Origin: Mobula hypostoma
Taxonomy: Eukaryota
DNA: 64,000 bases
Direction: 5' to 3'
Assembly: GCF_963921235.1 (NCBI RefSeq)
Contig: NC_086109.1
Span: forward strand, 21,888,001 to 21,952,000
Shown here one piece after another: positions 52,630-64,000 of the stretch (within the stretch, counting starts at the first letter, position 1; each line of letters begins with the position of its first letter). A program made the translations under genes and the position numbers. The notes under the pieces are model-generated. The model was not told the DNA's origin. It saw only the letters and a program-made list of their open reading frames with translations, and did no database searches.

Positions 52630-52890
52630 AAGGAAGCATGGCAATTTACTTTTCAACAGTAAACTCTTTATAATGACTTGATCATGGCCTTATTAGTGAG
52701 GTTGATTGAGGGATAAATACAAAGTAGAATACTCTTCCATGTTCCTAAGGATTATCATGGGAATTTTTAAATTGCACCAGAGAGGACAAACTCTGTTTAC
52801 AGTAACATCTCATCTGAAAGACAACATCTCTGATCAGGTTATACTAAAGTGTCGACCTGGATTTTATACTGAAATCTCTAGAGTGAGGTT
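52630..52890 (-). mobile_element. Ancient Deu-domain SINE (SacSINE1/AmnSINE-like) remnant
   Basis: Minus strand reads AAAATCCAGGTCGACAC..GTCTTTCAGATGAGATGTTA..TATTTATCCCTCAATCAACCTCACTAA, resembling the Deu consensus as I recall it. Confidence 0.6.
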
Positions 52891-53532
52891 CCCACAATGT
52901 GTTGGCTCGGAATCATAAAATTAGGGAATGGAATGAAGATATTCAGCCCATCGAGTCTGTGATTGCTCTCAGCTAAGTAAGTCCAACCCTTCCACGTTCT
53001 CCTTGTAGCCCTACAAATTCTTCCCCTAGAAGCCTATGCCTTATACATACGTTCACTACTATTCCTGACATTGATTTCTAAACCCTCATTACTTAAAAAA
53101 GATTTTTTCGCAGGTCACTTCTGGTTCTTGTGCCAATCACTTTTGTTTTACTGTATCCCCACTTCTTGATCCCTCTGACGATGGAAACAGTTCCTGTCTG
53201 TTTCCTCCCTTTGCATGCATCGTGATTTAAATAAAACTCCATCATACCCCTTCTCTCTTGGGGAGAATGACCACACCTTCTGCAGCCTATTCAGGGAATT
53301 GATCCCTGGAATAATTTTAATGGATTTCTTAGGCCATGGCATTATTCCTAAACTGTGGAGCCCACAACCAGAAGTAATACTCCAGTTTGGTTAGATAATT
53401 CTTTCATAATGACTCACCGTTACTTCATTCTGTCTAATTACAATACTGAGCATCATGTCTGGTTTTGCAATCGGTTGCTCAACCTGCCATTCTACCTTCA
53501 ACAAACTATGAAGGTAGATGCGTGTATATAAC

Positions 53533-53825
53533 TGTGACAAGAGTCCTACGCGAGGATGGTTTGGACCCAAATATAGATGAATCCGAAGCAAGAACTGAGT
53601 CAGGGTATTGAAACAAACGCTAGATGATATCACTAGCATACTTACAATTGAGCACTGAGGCTCTGGTCAGGTGCTCCTTAAATACTGAACTCTTGGTGCC
53701 CAAAACACATTTGCCAATGAACAGGACAGTCCTGATTCTTTAAAGGGGCTGAGCCAGCTATCCATACTCCGGAGAGTTAGAGCCTAAACCCAGGAAGCTG
53801 GCATGATTGTTTGCGTGCCGTAACA
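53533..53825 (-). mobile_element. Short solo LTR (Gypsy-like), 293 bp, 5-bp TSD
   Basis: TGTGAC...GTAACA termini. ATAAC at 53528-53532 and 53826-53830. TATTTAAG on minus near 53680. Confidence 0.75.
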
Positions 53826-54809
53826 ATAACAACATTGAAAATTAAACATTCTCTCCTGAAGAAGGGTCTCAACCTGAAACATCAACTGTTTCTTCATTTC
53901 CATAGATGCTGCTTGACCTGCTGAGTTGCTTCAAGCATTTTGTGTGTGTGTTGCTCTGGGTTTTCAGGATTTTAAGAATCTCTTGTGTTTAACATTTGGC
54001 TTGTTAGGCCAGATGGCCCAAGTAATCCCACTAGTCCCATTCCCCCTCTTTTTATTTCCCTGTGTCTCTGCCATTTCACCCATGCCAATCAACCCTCTTT
54101 TGCCATTCACCTATAAGAAGAGGTCATTTTCGGTCGTCATCAGGTTCCCCACTACACCTTTGGGATGTGGTGAGAAAGCAGAGCACCTGGAGGAAACCCA
54201 AGCCGTCATGGAGAGAATGCGCCAATTCTACACAGACAGCACCTGAGGTCAGGATCCAATACAGTGAGGTGGCAGCACTAACTGCTGCACCATTGTGTGT
54301 TTCCGTGGCCTTTAATAACGTTGGCCCATAGTTTATATTACTCTTCTCATTTTTTCCAACTAAAATCTAACACTTCACACTTATCATCATTAAATTTCAT
54401 TTACCACTTGTCTGCCCATCCCACCTGCCTGTCGCTCCTCCTCATAGTCCACGACATTTCCAAGCTCTGCAGCAGAAGCAACAGAACTAACCACAGATGA
54501 CATTTCAATTTGAGGGCAGCTATTTACATCAATTACCTCAGCCTTCTTTACAAGTCACTGGTCACAGTTCACCACATCCACTGCCTCGTCAATGACTCCA
54601 GAGATTTTCTGTGTTTAAGTCTTCAACCACCATGACCTGACGTTGGCGAAAAATCCTGAAGGTAAAGATTACTTTCATTTGTCACTTCGAAACGTACGGT
54701 GGAATGCGTCACTTGAGTCGAATCAAATCAGTGAGGATCGAGCTGGGCAGCCTGCAAGTGACACCAGATTTCCAGCGCCAACATAGCATGCCCACAACTC
54801 ACTAACCAA

Positions 54810-55896
54810 CCAACACACAAAGTGCTGGAGAAGCTCAGCAGGCCAGGTGGCATCTATGGAAAAGATTGTAATCCACGTCTCGGTCCAAGACCCTTCATCA
54901 GGAGAGATGTCCAGAAGTCCAGATGAAGGGTCTCAGCCTGAAACATTGACTATACTCTTTCCCATAGATGCTGCCTGGCCTGTTGAATTCCTCCAGCATT
55001 TTGTGTATGTTGCTTGGATTTCCAGTGTCTGCAGATCCTCTCTGCAAAGTTTTAAAGTTTCAAAGGTGCATTTAATTTCAGAGAAATATACATCCTGAAA
55101 TTCTTTTTCTTCACAAGCATCCAGAAAAACAGAGGAGCGCCCCAAAGAATGAATGGCAGTTAAATGTTAGCACCCCAAAGCTCCCCCTCCAGCTTCCCCC
55201 TCCCACACATAAGCAGCAGCAAAGCAACGATCTCCCCTCCCCCACCAGCAAAGAAAGCATCAGCACCCTCCACCGAGCACTCAATCGTGCAGCAAAGCAT
55301 CAATAAAAACACGACTTGCAGTACCCCAAAGATTACTCATTCACCCAGTAATTCAACATACCACAGGTTCTCTCTTTCTCCCAAATAAGGGGAAAAGAGG
55401 TGTCCCCGCTTTACAGCAAGATGGGAGACATAACAAACAACTCGCTAATTTACAATGTTTAAAGTCTGTTGCGTCGCTTTTTCTGTGATCTGTGCCCAAA
55501 GAGCTCAGGTTTCTGGGTACACAGCCAGCAGCCAGCTCGCTGGTTTCGATCTTCCGTGTACTCCCATGACACACTAGGTTCCTGTGGAGGCATCGACCTC
55601 GAGTCCGGCTGCCTCCAGAGTCAAGAAATCTCGCAACCCCAAAGGCGCACTTGTCTTCTAGGCTGCGTCCTTGGTATGTCAAATAGCAGCCAGTCGTGAA
55701 ACCCCAAGAGCGGGTCCCATTCCCACAAAGAACCGAAGTCAGTATGTAACTCCAGGTCAGGGTCTTCAAAAGAATCCTGAAAAGGCAAAAAAAGAGATAT
55801 CAAAGATAGAAATAGAGCTGTTTTCGAAGATGAAAGCAAAGGAGTCGCTGTTAGGCGCCATTGTCTCCTAAGCTCCACCCCTTGTTTGTGATTGGA
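54810..55896 (+). mobile_element. Penelope fold-back insertion in a SINE, itself interrupted by the 55050-55870 element
   Basis: ~90-bp inverted arms at 54811-55013, each with a hammerhead remnant. Flanks CCACAACTCACTAACC (~54792) and CCACAACTCACTGACC (~55897). Confidence 0.75.
55050..55872 (-). mobile_element. Non-autonomous retroposon, probably near full length
   Basis: Shares its 3' part with 13018-13425. The minus strand starts ..ACAATGGCGCC and has no RT motifs. Confidence 0.65.
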
Positions 55897-56114
55897 CCAC
55901 AACTCACTGACCCTAACCGTACATCTTTGGACTGTGGGAGGAAACCAGAGCATCCGGAGGAAATCCACGTAGTCACGGAGGGTATGTACACACTCCTTAC
56001 AGGCAGCGGTTGAAATTGAACCCTGGTTAACGATGGCTGGTTCTGTAACGCGATGCCTGAACCGTTACACTACCGTGGAGCCCTGTGCCCAAACTGGAGG
56101 CGAGCATATCATCA

Positions 56115-58633
56115 TAGCATAGCAAGCAACTGCAGGAAACATAAAGTTGTGGTGGTAGGGGATTTTAATTTTCCATTTATTGATTGGGACTCCCATACTG
56201 TTAGGGGTCTAGATGGTTTAGGGTTTGTAAAATGTGTTCAGGAAAGTTTTCTAAATCAATATATAGAGGGACCAACTAGAGGGGATGCAATATTGGATCT
56301 CCTGTTAGGAAGCGAGTTAGGACAAGTGACGGAAGTCTGTGTAGGGGAGCACTTTGGTTCCAGTGATCATAACAACATTAGTTTCAACTTGATCATAGAC
56401 AAGGATAGATCTGGTCCTAGGGTTGAGGTTCTTAACTGGAAGAAGGCCAAATTTGAAGAAATGAGAAAGGATCTAAAAAGCGTGGATTGGGACAGGTTGT
56501 TCTCCGGCAAGGATGTGATCGGTAGGTGGGAAGCCTTCAAAGGAGAAATTTTGAGAGTGCAGAGTTTGTATGTTCCTGTCAGGATTAAAGGCAAAGTGAA
56601 TAGGAATAAGGAACCTTGGTTCTCAAGGGATATTGCAACTCTGATAAAGAAGAAGAGGGAGTTGTATGACATGTATAGGAAGCAGGGAGTAAATAAGGTG
56701 CTTGAGGAGTATAAGAAGTGCAAGAAAATACTTAAGAAAGAAATCAGGAGGGCTAAAAGAAGACATGAGGTTGCATTGGCAGTCAAAGTGAAGGATAATC
56801 CAAAGAGCTTTTACAGGTATATTAAGAGCAAAAGGATTGTAAGGGATAAAATTGGTCCTCTTGAAGATCAGAGTGGTCGTCTATGTGCAGAACCAAAGGA
56901 AATGGGGGAGAGCTTAAATAGGTTTTTGGCGTCTGTATTTACTAAGGAAACTGGCATGAAGTCTATGGAATTAGGGGAAACAAATAGTGAGATCATGGAA
57001 ACTGTACAGATCGAAAAGGAGGAAGTCCTTGCTGTCGTGAGGAAAATTAAAGTGGATAAATCCCCGGGACCTGACAGGGTGTTCCCTCGGACCTTGAAGG
57101 AGACTAGTGTTGAAATTGCAGGGGCCCTGGCAGAAATATTTAAAATGTCGCTGTCTACAGGTGAGGTGCCGGAGGATTGGAGAGTGGCTCATGTTGTTCC
57201 GTTGTTTAAAAAAGGATCGAATAGTAATCCGGGAAATTATAGGATGGTAAGTTTAACGTCGGTAGTAGGTAACTTATTGGAGGGAGTACTGAAAGACAGA
57301 ATCTACAAGCATTTGGATAGACAGGGACTTATTAGGGAGAGTCAACATGGCTTTGTGCCTGGCAGGTCATGTTTGACCAATCTATTAGAGTTTTTCGAGG
57401 AGGTTACCAGGAAAGTGGATGAAGGGAAGGCAGTGGATATTGTCTACATGGACTTCAGTAAGGCCTTTGACAAGGTCCCGCATGGGAGGTTAGTTAGGAA
57501 AATTCAGTCGCTAGGTATACATGGAGAGGTGGTAAATTGGATCAGACATTGGCTCAATGGAAGAAGTCAAAGAGTGGTAGTAGAGAATTGTTACTCCGAG
57601 TGGAGGCCTGTGACTAGTGGTGTGCCACAGGGATCAGTGCTGGGTCCATTGTTATTTGTTATCTATATCAATGATCTGGATGATAATGTGGTAAATTAGA
57701 TCAGCAAATTTGCTGATGATACAAAGATTGGAGGTGTAGTAGACAGCGAGGAAGGTTTTCAGAGCCTGCAGAGGGACTTGGACCAGCTGGAAAAATGGGC
57801 TGAAAAATGGCAGATGGAGTTTAATGCAGACAAGTGTGAGGTATTGCACGTTGGAAGGACAAACCAAGGTAGAACATACAGGGTAAATGGGAAGGCACTG
57901 AGGAGTGCAGTAGAACAGAGGGATCTGGGAATACAGATACAAAATTCCCTAAAAGTGGTGTCACAGGTAGATAGGGTCATAAAGAGAGCTTTTGGTACAT
58001 TAGCCTTTATTAATCGAAGTATTGAGTATAGGAGCTGGAATGTTATGATGAGGTTGTATAAGGCATTGGTGAGGCCAGATCTGGAGTATTGTGTTCAGTT
58101 TTGATCACCAAATTACAGGAAGGATATAAATAAGGTTGAAAGGGTACAGAGAAGGTTTTCAAGGTTGTTGCCAGGACTTGAGAAACTCAGTTACAGAGAA
58201 AGGTTGAATAGGTTAGGACTTTATTCCCTGCAGCGTAGAAGAATGAGGGGAGATTTGATAGAGGTATATAAAATTATGACGGGTATAGATAGAGTGAATG
58301 CAAGCAGGCTTTTTCCACTGAGGCAAGGAGAGAAAAAAACCAGAGGACATGGGTTTAGGGTGAGGGGGGAAAAGTTTAAAGGGAACATTAGTGGGGGCTT
58401 CTTCACATGGAGAGTGGTGGGAGTATGGAATGAGCTGCCAGATGAGGTGGTAAATGTGGGTTCTTTTTTAACATTTAAGAATAAATTGGACAGATACATG
58501 GATGGGAGGTGTATGGAGGGATATGGTCTGTGTGCAGGTCAGTGGGACTAGGCAGAAAATGGTTTGGCACAGCCAAGAAGGGCCAAAAGGCCTGTTTCTG
58601 TGCTGTAGTTTCTGTGGTTTCTATGGTTTCTAT
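56115..58633 (+). mobile_element. Young 5'-truncated CR1 LINE, ORF2 (partial APE endonuclease + RT) with two nonsense mutations
   Basis: [39 protein letters not shown] and FADD in one frame, with stops at 57697-57699 and 58102-58104. (GTTTCTATG)n tail. Confidence 0.96.
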
Positions 58634-60099
58634 CAACAAGATGAGAATGCAAGCTGAGAACTCCGCTGGTCTTGAGTCATTGTATGAAATGAGAAAGCTG
58701 ATCCTAGGGAGCTTGGTGCTGGGTGGACATGTTGCAACGGGACCAGAGGCAAACCTTGCCACCGGGTTGCGATATTTTTATGGACCCACCACAGGACAGC
58801 CTTTCACTGGAGGTTTATCCAGCTGTCTTCCTTTAGTGACCCCTTGCCAAGGCTCCCACTGCCTGTTGCAAACAGATTCTTTTTTGAAACATACTAGGGT
58901 TATAACTTTGTAAGTGCTGGCATGATACTTCCTTTGGTTACAGCATCTAGAACCAGGATTATTCTCCTAGAAGTAAGTATCAGCCATTCGTGACACAGAT
59001 GAGAAGAGATGTCTTGACCAGAGTGCAGTGAGTCTCTACCCAGTTGACACTGTTGAAGTCTCTACCCAAGAAGGCTGGGGTTATTCAACATTAATCAAAG
59101 GATATGCGGAGAAGTGCCACTGAAGTTAAAGGTTAGCCGTGATTTTATAGAGCAGGCACAACAGTCCCTTCACCTTGATGTCATTTTTCATTCCTTTCTC
59201 ATTTCGTTAGAGGGAACAGCACTCTCGTGATGATGATGCTGGACTGGGTTAGAGCAACTCTGCAAATCCAGCATCGCTCTGCAGCCAACTGAGAATTTGA
59301 ACTCAGTTAAAAATAAAAAGTCGATCTCATCAAAAGTAAAATGTTGAATTGCACTAAGCACTTAAGCACACACACTGGTGCATATATTTCCCTGTAAGTA
59401 TTGCAATGCACAAACCAGGTATTTTCATCTAACCCGACATCTAAAGGAAAGTTCAAAATCCCTCTCCAAAGCCATTGAAGCAGAGGAAGCAAAATCATAA
59501 GCAGGAAAATAAAGGCCGGTTTTATGTGCTGCAGCTGGATTGAGATTCAATTTCGAAATGAAGCCCTTCCACCCTCTTGTCTTCCACGTCATTGCTTGAT
59601 GCTCTGCCAGTTGTTTACCATCAACGTTCACAACAGAGCTAAGAAGAACCTTGTGTAAAAAGCACAATCTCTATCACATAAGTACTTTACATTTACTGCT
59701 TTTTAATTGGAAATTGCAGTCAATCCTATCCTACATCATACCTACTATGTACATTAACCATTTATATGAACTGCCAATACTTCTGGCATCATTATGAGAG
59801 CTTTGCTTTGTTTAAAACACCAAATCATCCCTCATCCTGACCCCTACTCCCAGCTTGCCTTTGTATTTGTCACCCCTGGGATAAATTTGGATGCCAGACA
59901 TGGTCGATGGAAGTTGATTGATTCTTAGAAATGGACAGCAGAGGTTGACTGAGAAGGGAAAAAAATGAAGAAGCTGTTGACAACAGTATTCCCAACCCAG
60001 CAGGTGCCTGCACACTTCCAGACTAGTGGAGCCATGGACTTTCATAAACGTAATAAGCCCACTAAATTCTTGGTGGAATACAAAACATGCAAATTGTAT

Positions 60100-60648
60100 T
60101 AAATATAATGCCCATTTGGTGCATGTGAATGGGAATAGGTTTGAATGGGAACACACTTGAGGTATTGTGTGCAGTTCTGGTTGCCCAGCTGTAGAGAGGA
60201 GATAATTGAGCTAGAAAAGATGAAGAAAATATTCACAAGCATGTTACCAGAACTGTATCAAGAGAGGCAGAACAGGCTTGGACTTCCTTTCCCTGGAACA
60301 TGAGAGGGGACCTTGCAGTGGTACATAAAGTCACAAGGGGCATAGATAAGGTGGGTGGTCCCAGCCTTGGGAGGTCCTAAGGGGTCTGGGAGCCTAAAAC
60401 AAGAAGGCAAGGAATTAAGATGAGAAGGAAAGATTTAAAGTGGACTCAAAAGTGGGATAGAAGCTGTGGATGTAGATAGAACAAGCTGCCAGAGGAAGTT
60501 GTAGAGCAGGGTATGATTACAATGTTTAGAAGGCATTTGGACACATGAATAGAAAACATTCAGAGGGGTATGGGCCAAAAGCAAGCAAATGGGACTAGTC
60601 TGGATAGACATCTTGATCACATGGACTGCTTCGTTGCTGTGTGACAAT
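60100..60648 (+). mobile_element. CR1 3' fragment, degraded
   Basis: GTATTGTGTGCAGTTCTGG (YCVQFW) and downstream similarity to 58080-58600. Confidence 0.7.
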
Positions 60649-61051
60649 GCTGATAAATGTACAGTATTTCAGTGATAATAAACCTGATTCTGATTCTAAT
60701 TCTGATTCTACAATAAGGAGCCTTCTTTTTTATTGGACAGTCTTCTGATACCCATACTTAGAGACATACACAATAGAATATTTTTCAACTTGATGTTGAG
60801 GTCTTACAGTTGATTAGAAGTCAAAGATTGAAAATCTTCTTGGATCTGTCTTTATTTCAGTCCAATATGACCTATCCCTTGTATTGAAATTGTGACACTC
60901 TCCCACCCAAGTTCTAAACTTCTTAATAGAGTAAAATCCAAGCCATCCAAGAATGAAATCAATCAAATCACTTCTGGAGAATTGAGGCTCTTCCCACCAT
61001 CCAGTTTTTGTTTCTCTTTCAACTAATGTTGTTCTGTATATGCTGTCAAAT

Positions 61052-61450
61052 ACCAGGGGTGATTGGTAAGTTCGTGGCCTAAGGTAGAAGGAGATGAGTT
61101 ATACAGTCCTCGTTACACGCACGTGCAGTTCAACACTTTGAGTGATTATGCAGAAAGTTTTAATAACTTTCTGCATAATCACTCAAGTTAATAACTCATC
61201 TCCTTTTACCTTAGGCCACAAACCTATCAATCACCCCTGATGAGTTATTAACTTCAAACTTTCTGCATAATCACTCAGAGGTGAACTGCATGTGCGTGTA
61301 ACGAAAGCTGTATAACTCATCTCCTTCCACCTTAGGCCACAAACTTATCAATCACCTCTGCTGTGAACTCTTTCTGGAGGTTCAAGATCCGTATGCTCCA
61401 CAACCGCTGGACTAAGTGTGTAAATGTAGGAGGGGACTATGTTGAAGATA
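61052..61450. mobile_element. Mariner-derived fold-back MITE composite with transposase C-terminal remnant
   Basis: CAGGGGTGATTG(G/A)TAAGTT arm at 61054-61160, inverted copies ending ~61239 and ~61360, then peptide LHNRWTKCVNVGGDYVE. Confidence 0.8.
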
Positions 61451-61879
61451 GTTTCTATGTTTGATAGAAACCAGGAAGTAGAAATAAAATAACAATACAC
61501 AAAATGCTGGAGGAACTCAACAGTATCTACGGAAAGGGCTAAGACCCTTCTTCACATCCAGCATTCTGTGTGATTTAGCTTTGGGTTTCCAGCATTTGCT
61601 GCTTTTCCTGAGTAGAAGTAAATAGACTGGAGGCTTCAGACAGTAGCATATCACAGGATTTGGTGCTGGGTCCCCATTCTTTCTCAATCTGTATCATTGA
61701 TATGGAAGAGGGTAGCAAAGATACTGTATTGAAGTTTGCGTATGTTACAAAGTTAAGTGGCAGTTTGGGCTGTGAAGTTGCATAAAGGCTTTAAATGGAA
61801 TATGCTGTGGAAAAGTGGGATGTCTTCACCTTTGGCAGAAAAATATAGAAATGCAGAGTAGTTTTTAAATGGCGAGTGT

Positions 61880-62262
61880 CATAGGGTCATAGAGCTCTAC
61901 AGCACAGAAACATCTGTAGCGCTTGTCTTGCCTGTGCCAAACTGTTATTTTGCCTAGTCTCATCGTCCTGCACCTGGACCATAACTCACCCTATCTCTCC
62001 CATCTGTGTACTTATCCAAACTTCACTTAAGTATTGCAATTGAATCCTCATCCACCACTTCTGCTGGCAGCTCAGTCCACACTCAGACCATATCTGAAGA
62101 AGGAAGTTCCCCTGAAGCATTTCACCTTTCACCCTTGACCTATGACCTCTCACTCTAATTTCACCCAACCTCAGTGGAAAAAGCCTGCTTGCACTTACTC
62201 AATCTATATCCCTCATAATTTTGCATACCTTTATCAAATCTCCTCTCCTCCTCCTATACTTC
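61880..62262 (-). mobile_element. CR1 3' fragment
   Basis: Similar to 44235-44620. Minus peptide GEIRVRGH. Confidence 0.75.
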
Positions 62263-62361
62263 TATGAGAGATTGAATCGTGTTAATGTACAGAGGGATCT
62301 GATATCTTTGAACATCTAATAATATGAACAGGATATAATAGGATAATATAATATAATATAA

Positions 62362-64000
62362 TAGGAACAGCAGTTATAAAGGGTGACTTCAATCTACATG
62401 TAGATTGGGTGAACCAAATTGGTAAAGGTGCTGAGGAAGAGGATTTCTTGGAATGTATGCGGGATGGTTTTTTGAACCAACATGTCGAGGAACCGACTAG
62501 AGAGCAGGCTATTCTAGACTGGGTTTTGAGCAATGAGGAAGGGTTAATTAGCGATCTTGTCGTGAGAGGCCCCTTGGGTAAGAGTGACCATAATATGGTG
62601 GAATTCTTCATTAACATGGAGAGTGACATAGTTAATTCAGAAACAAAGGTTCTGAACTTAAAGAGGGGTAACTTTGAAGGTATGAGTCGTGAATTAGCTA
62701 AGATAGACTGGCAAATGACACTTAAAGGATTGACGGTGGATATGCAATGGCAGGCATTTAAAGGTTGCATGGATGAACTACAACAATTGTTCATCCCAGT
62801 TTGGCAAAAGAATAAATCAAGGAAGGTAGTGCACCCGTGGCTGACAAGAGAAATTAGGGATAGTATCAATTCCAAAGAAGTAGCATACAAATTAGCCAGA
62901 GAAAGTGGCTCACCTGAGGACTGGGAGAAATTCAGAGTTCAGCAGAGGAGGACAAAGGGCTTAATTAGGAAGGGGAAAAAAGATTATGAGAGAAAACTGG
63001 CAGAGAACATAAAAACGAACTGTAAAAGCTTTTATAGATATGTAAAAAGGAAAAGACTGATAAAGACAAATGTAGGTCCCCTGCAGACAGAAACAAGTGA
63101 ATTGATTATGGGGAGCAAGGACATGGCAGACCAATTGAATAATTATTTTGGTTCTGTCTTCACTAAGGAGGACATAAATAATCTTCCAGAAATAGTAAGG
63201 GACAGAGGGTCCAGTGAGTTGGAGGAACTGAGTGAAATACATGTTAGTAGGGAAGTGGTGTTAGGTAAATTGAAGGGATTGAAGGCAGATAAATCCCCAG
63301 GGCCAGATGGTCTGCATCCCAGAGTGCTTAAGGAAGTAGCCCAAGAAATAGTGGATGCATTAGTGATAATTTTTCAAAACTCGTTAGATTCTGGACTAGT
63401 TCCTGAGGATTGGAGGGTGGCTAATGTAACCCCACTTTTTAAAAAAGGAGGGAGAGAGAAACCGGGGAATTATAGGCCGGTTAGCCTAACGTCGGTGGTG
63501 GGGAAACTGCTGGAGTCAGTTATCAAGGATGTGATAACAGCACATTTGGAAAGCGGTGAAATGATCGGACAAAGTCAGCATGGATTTGTGAAAGGAAAAT
63601 CATGTCTGACGAATCTCATAGAATTTTTTGAGGATGTAACTAGTAGAGTGGAGAACCAGTGGATGTGGTATATTTGGATTTTCAAAAGGCTTTTGACAAG
63701 GTCCCACACAGGAGATTAGTGTGCAAACTTAAAGCACACGGTATTGGGGGTAAGGTATTGGTGTGGGTGGAGAATTGGTTAGCAGACAGGAAGCAAAGAG
63801 TGGGAATAAACGGGACCTTTTCAGAATGGCAGGCGGTGACTAGTGGGGTACCGCAAGGCTCAGTGCTGGGACCCCAGTTGTTTACAATATATATTAATGA
63901 CTTGGATGAGGGAATTAAATGCAGCATCTCCAAGTTTGCGGATGACACAAAGCTGGGTGGCAGTGTTAGCAGTGAGGAGGATGCTAAGAGGATGCAGGGT
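62362..64000 (+). mobile_element. CR1 LINE ORF2 (partial endonuclease + RT), 5'-truncated, one frameshift near 63650, runs off the window
   Basis: GDFN, ILDWVL, SDH, KSPGPDGLHP and NYRPVSLTS, then [10 protein letters not shown] and FADD in a second frame. Confidence 0.95.

Noticed and set aside
56053..56115. ATG start of the 548-aa ORF as a real gene start
   Set aside because: The first ~20 codons come from an adjacent antisense SINE fused by chance to a 5'-truncated CR1.
59228..59310. Hairpins GATGCTGGA..TCCAGCATC and AACTGAG..CTCAGTT as a possible miRNA or snoRNA
   Set aside because: Short stems, no mature miRNA I recognise, and no properly placed C/D or H/ACA boxes.

Overview
Repeat-dense, apparently intergenic or intronic vertebrate DNA. 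The mix of CR1, Rex1/L2-like LINEs, V-type and Deu-type SINEs and Penelope elements points to a cartilaginous fish, probably a ray (inference). I found no recognisable host protein-coding gene. The long ORFs are retrotransposon RT/endonuclease ORFs or by-products of repeats. Best-supported highlights: (1) a TSD-flanked non-autonomous RTE element (25254-25819, minus) whose 5' end folds into an HDV-like double pseudoknot with an extra hairpin in L3, with the predicted cleavage site at the TSD boundary; (2) many Penelope-like fold-back insertions carrying decayed minimal hammerhead motifs and 14-17 bp TSDs; (3) a decayed class III (ERV-L/S-like) retrovirus with a tRNA-Ser PBS; (4) two solo LTRs, hAT and mariner MITEs; (5) a 19-bp minisatellite born inside a SINE; (6) a degenerate ~21-bp periodic array; (7) exon-like segments suggesting a minus-strand spliced non-coding transcript. 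All calls were made by eye, with no database searches or folding programs.
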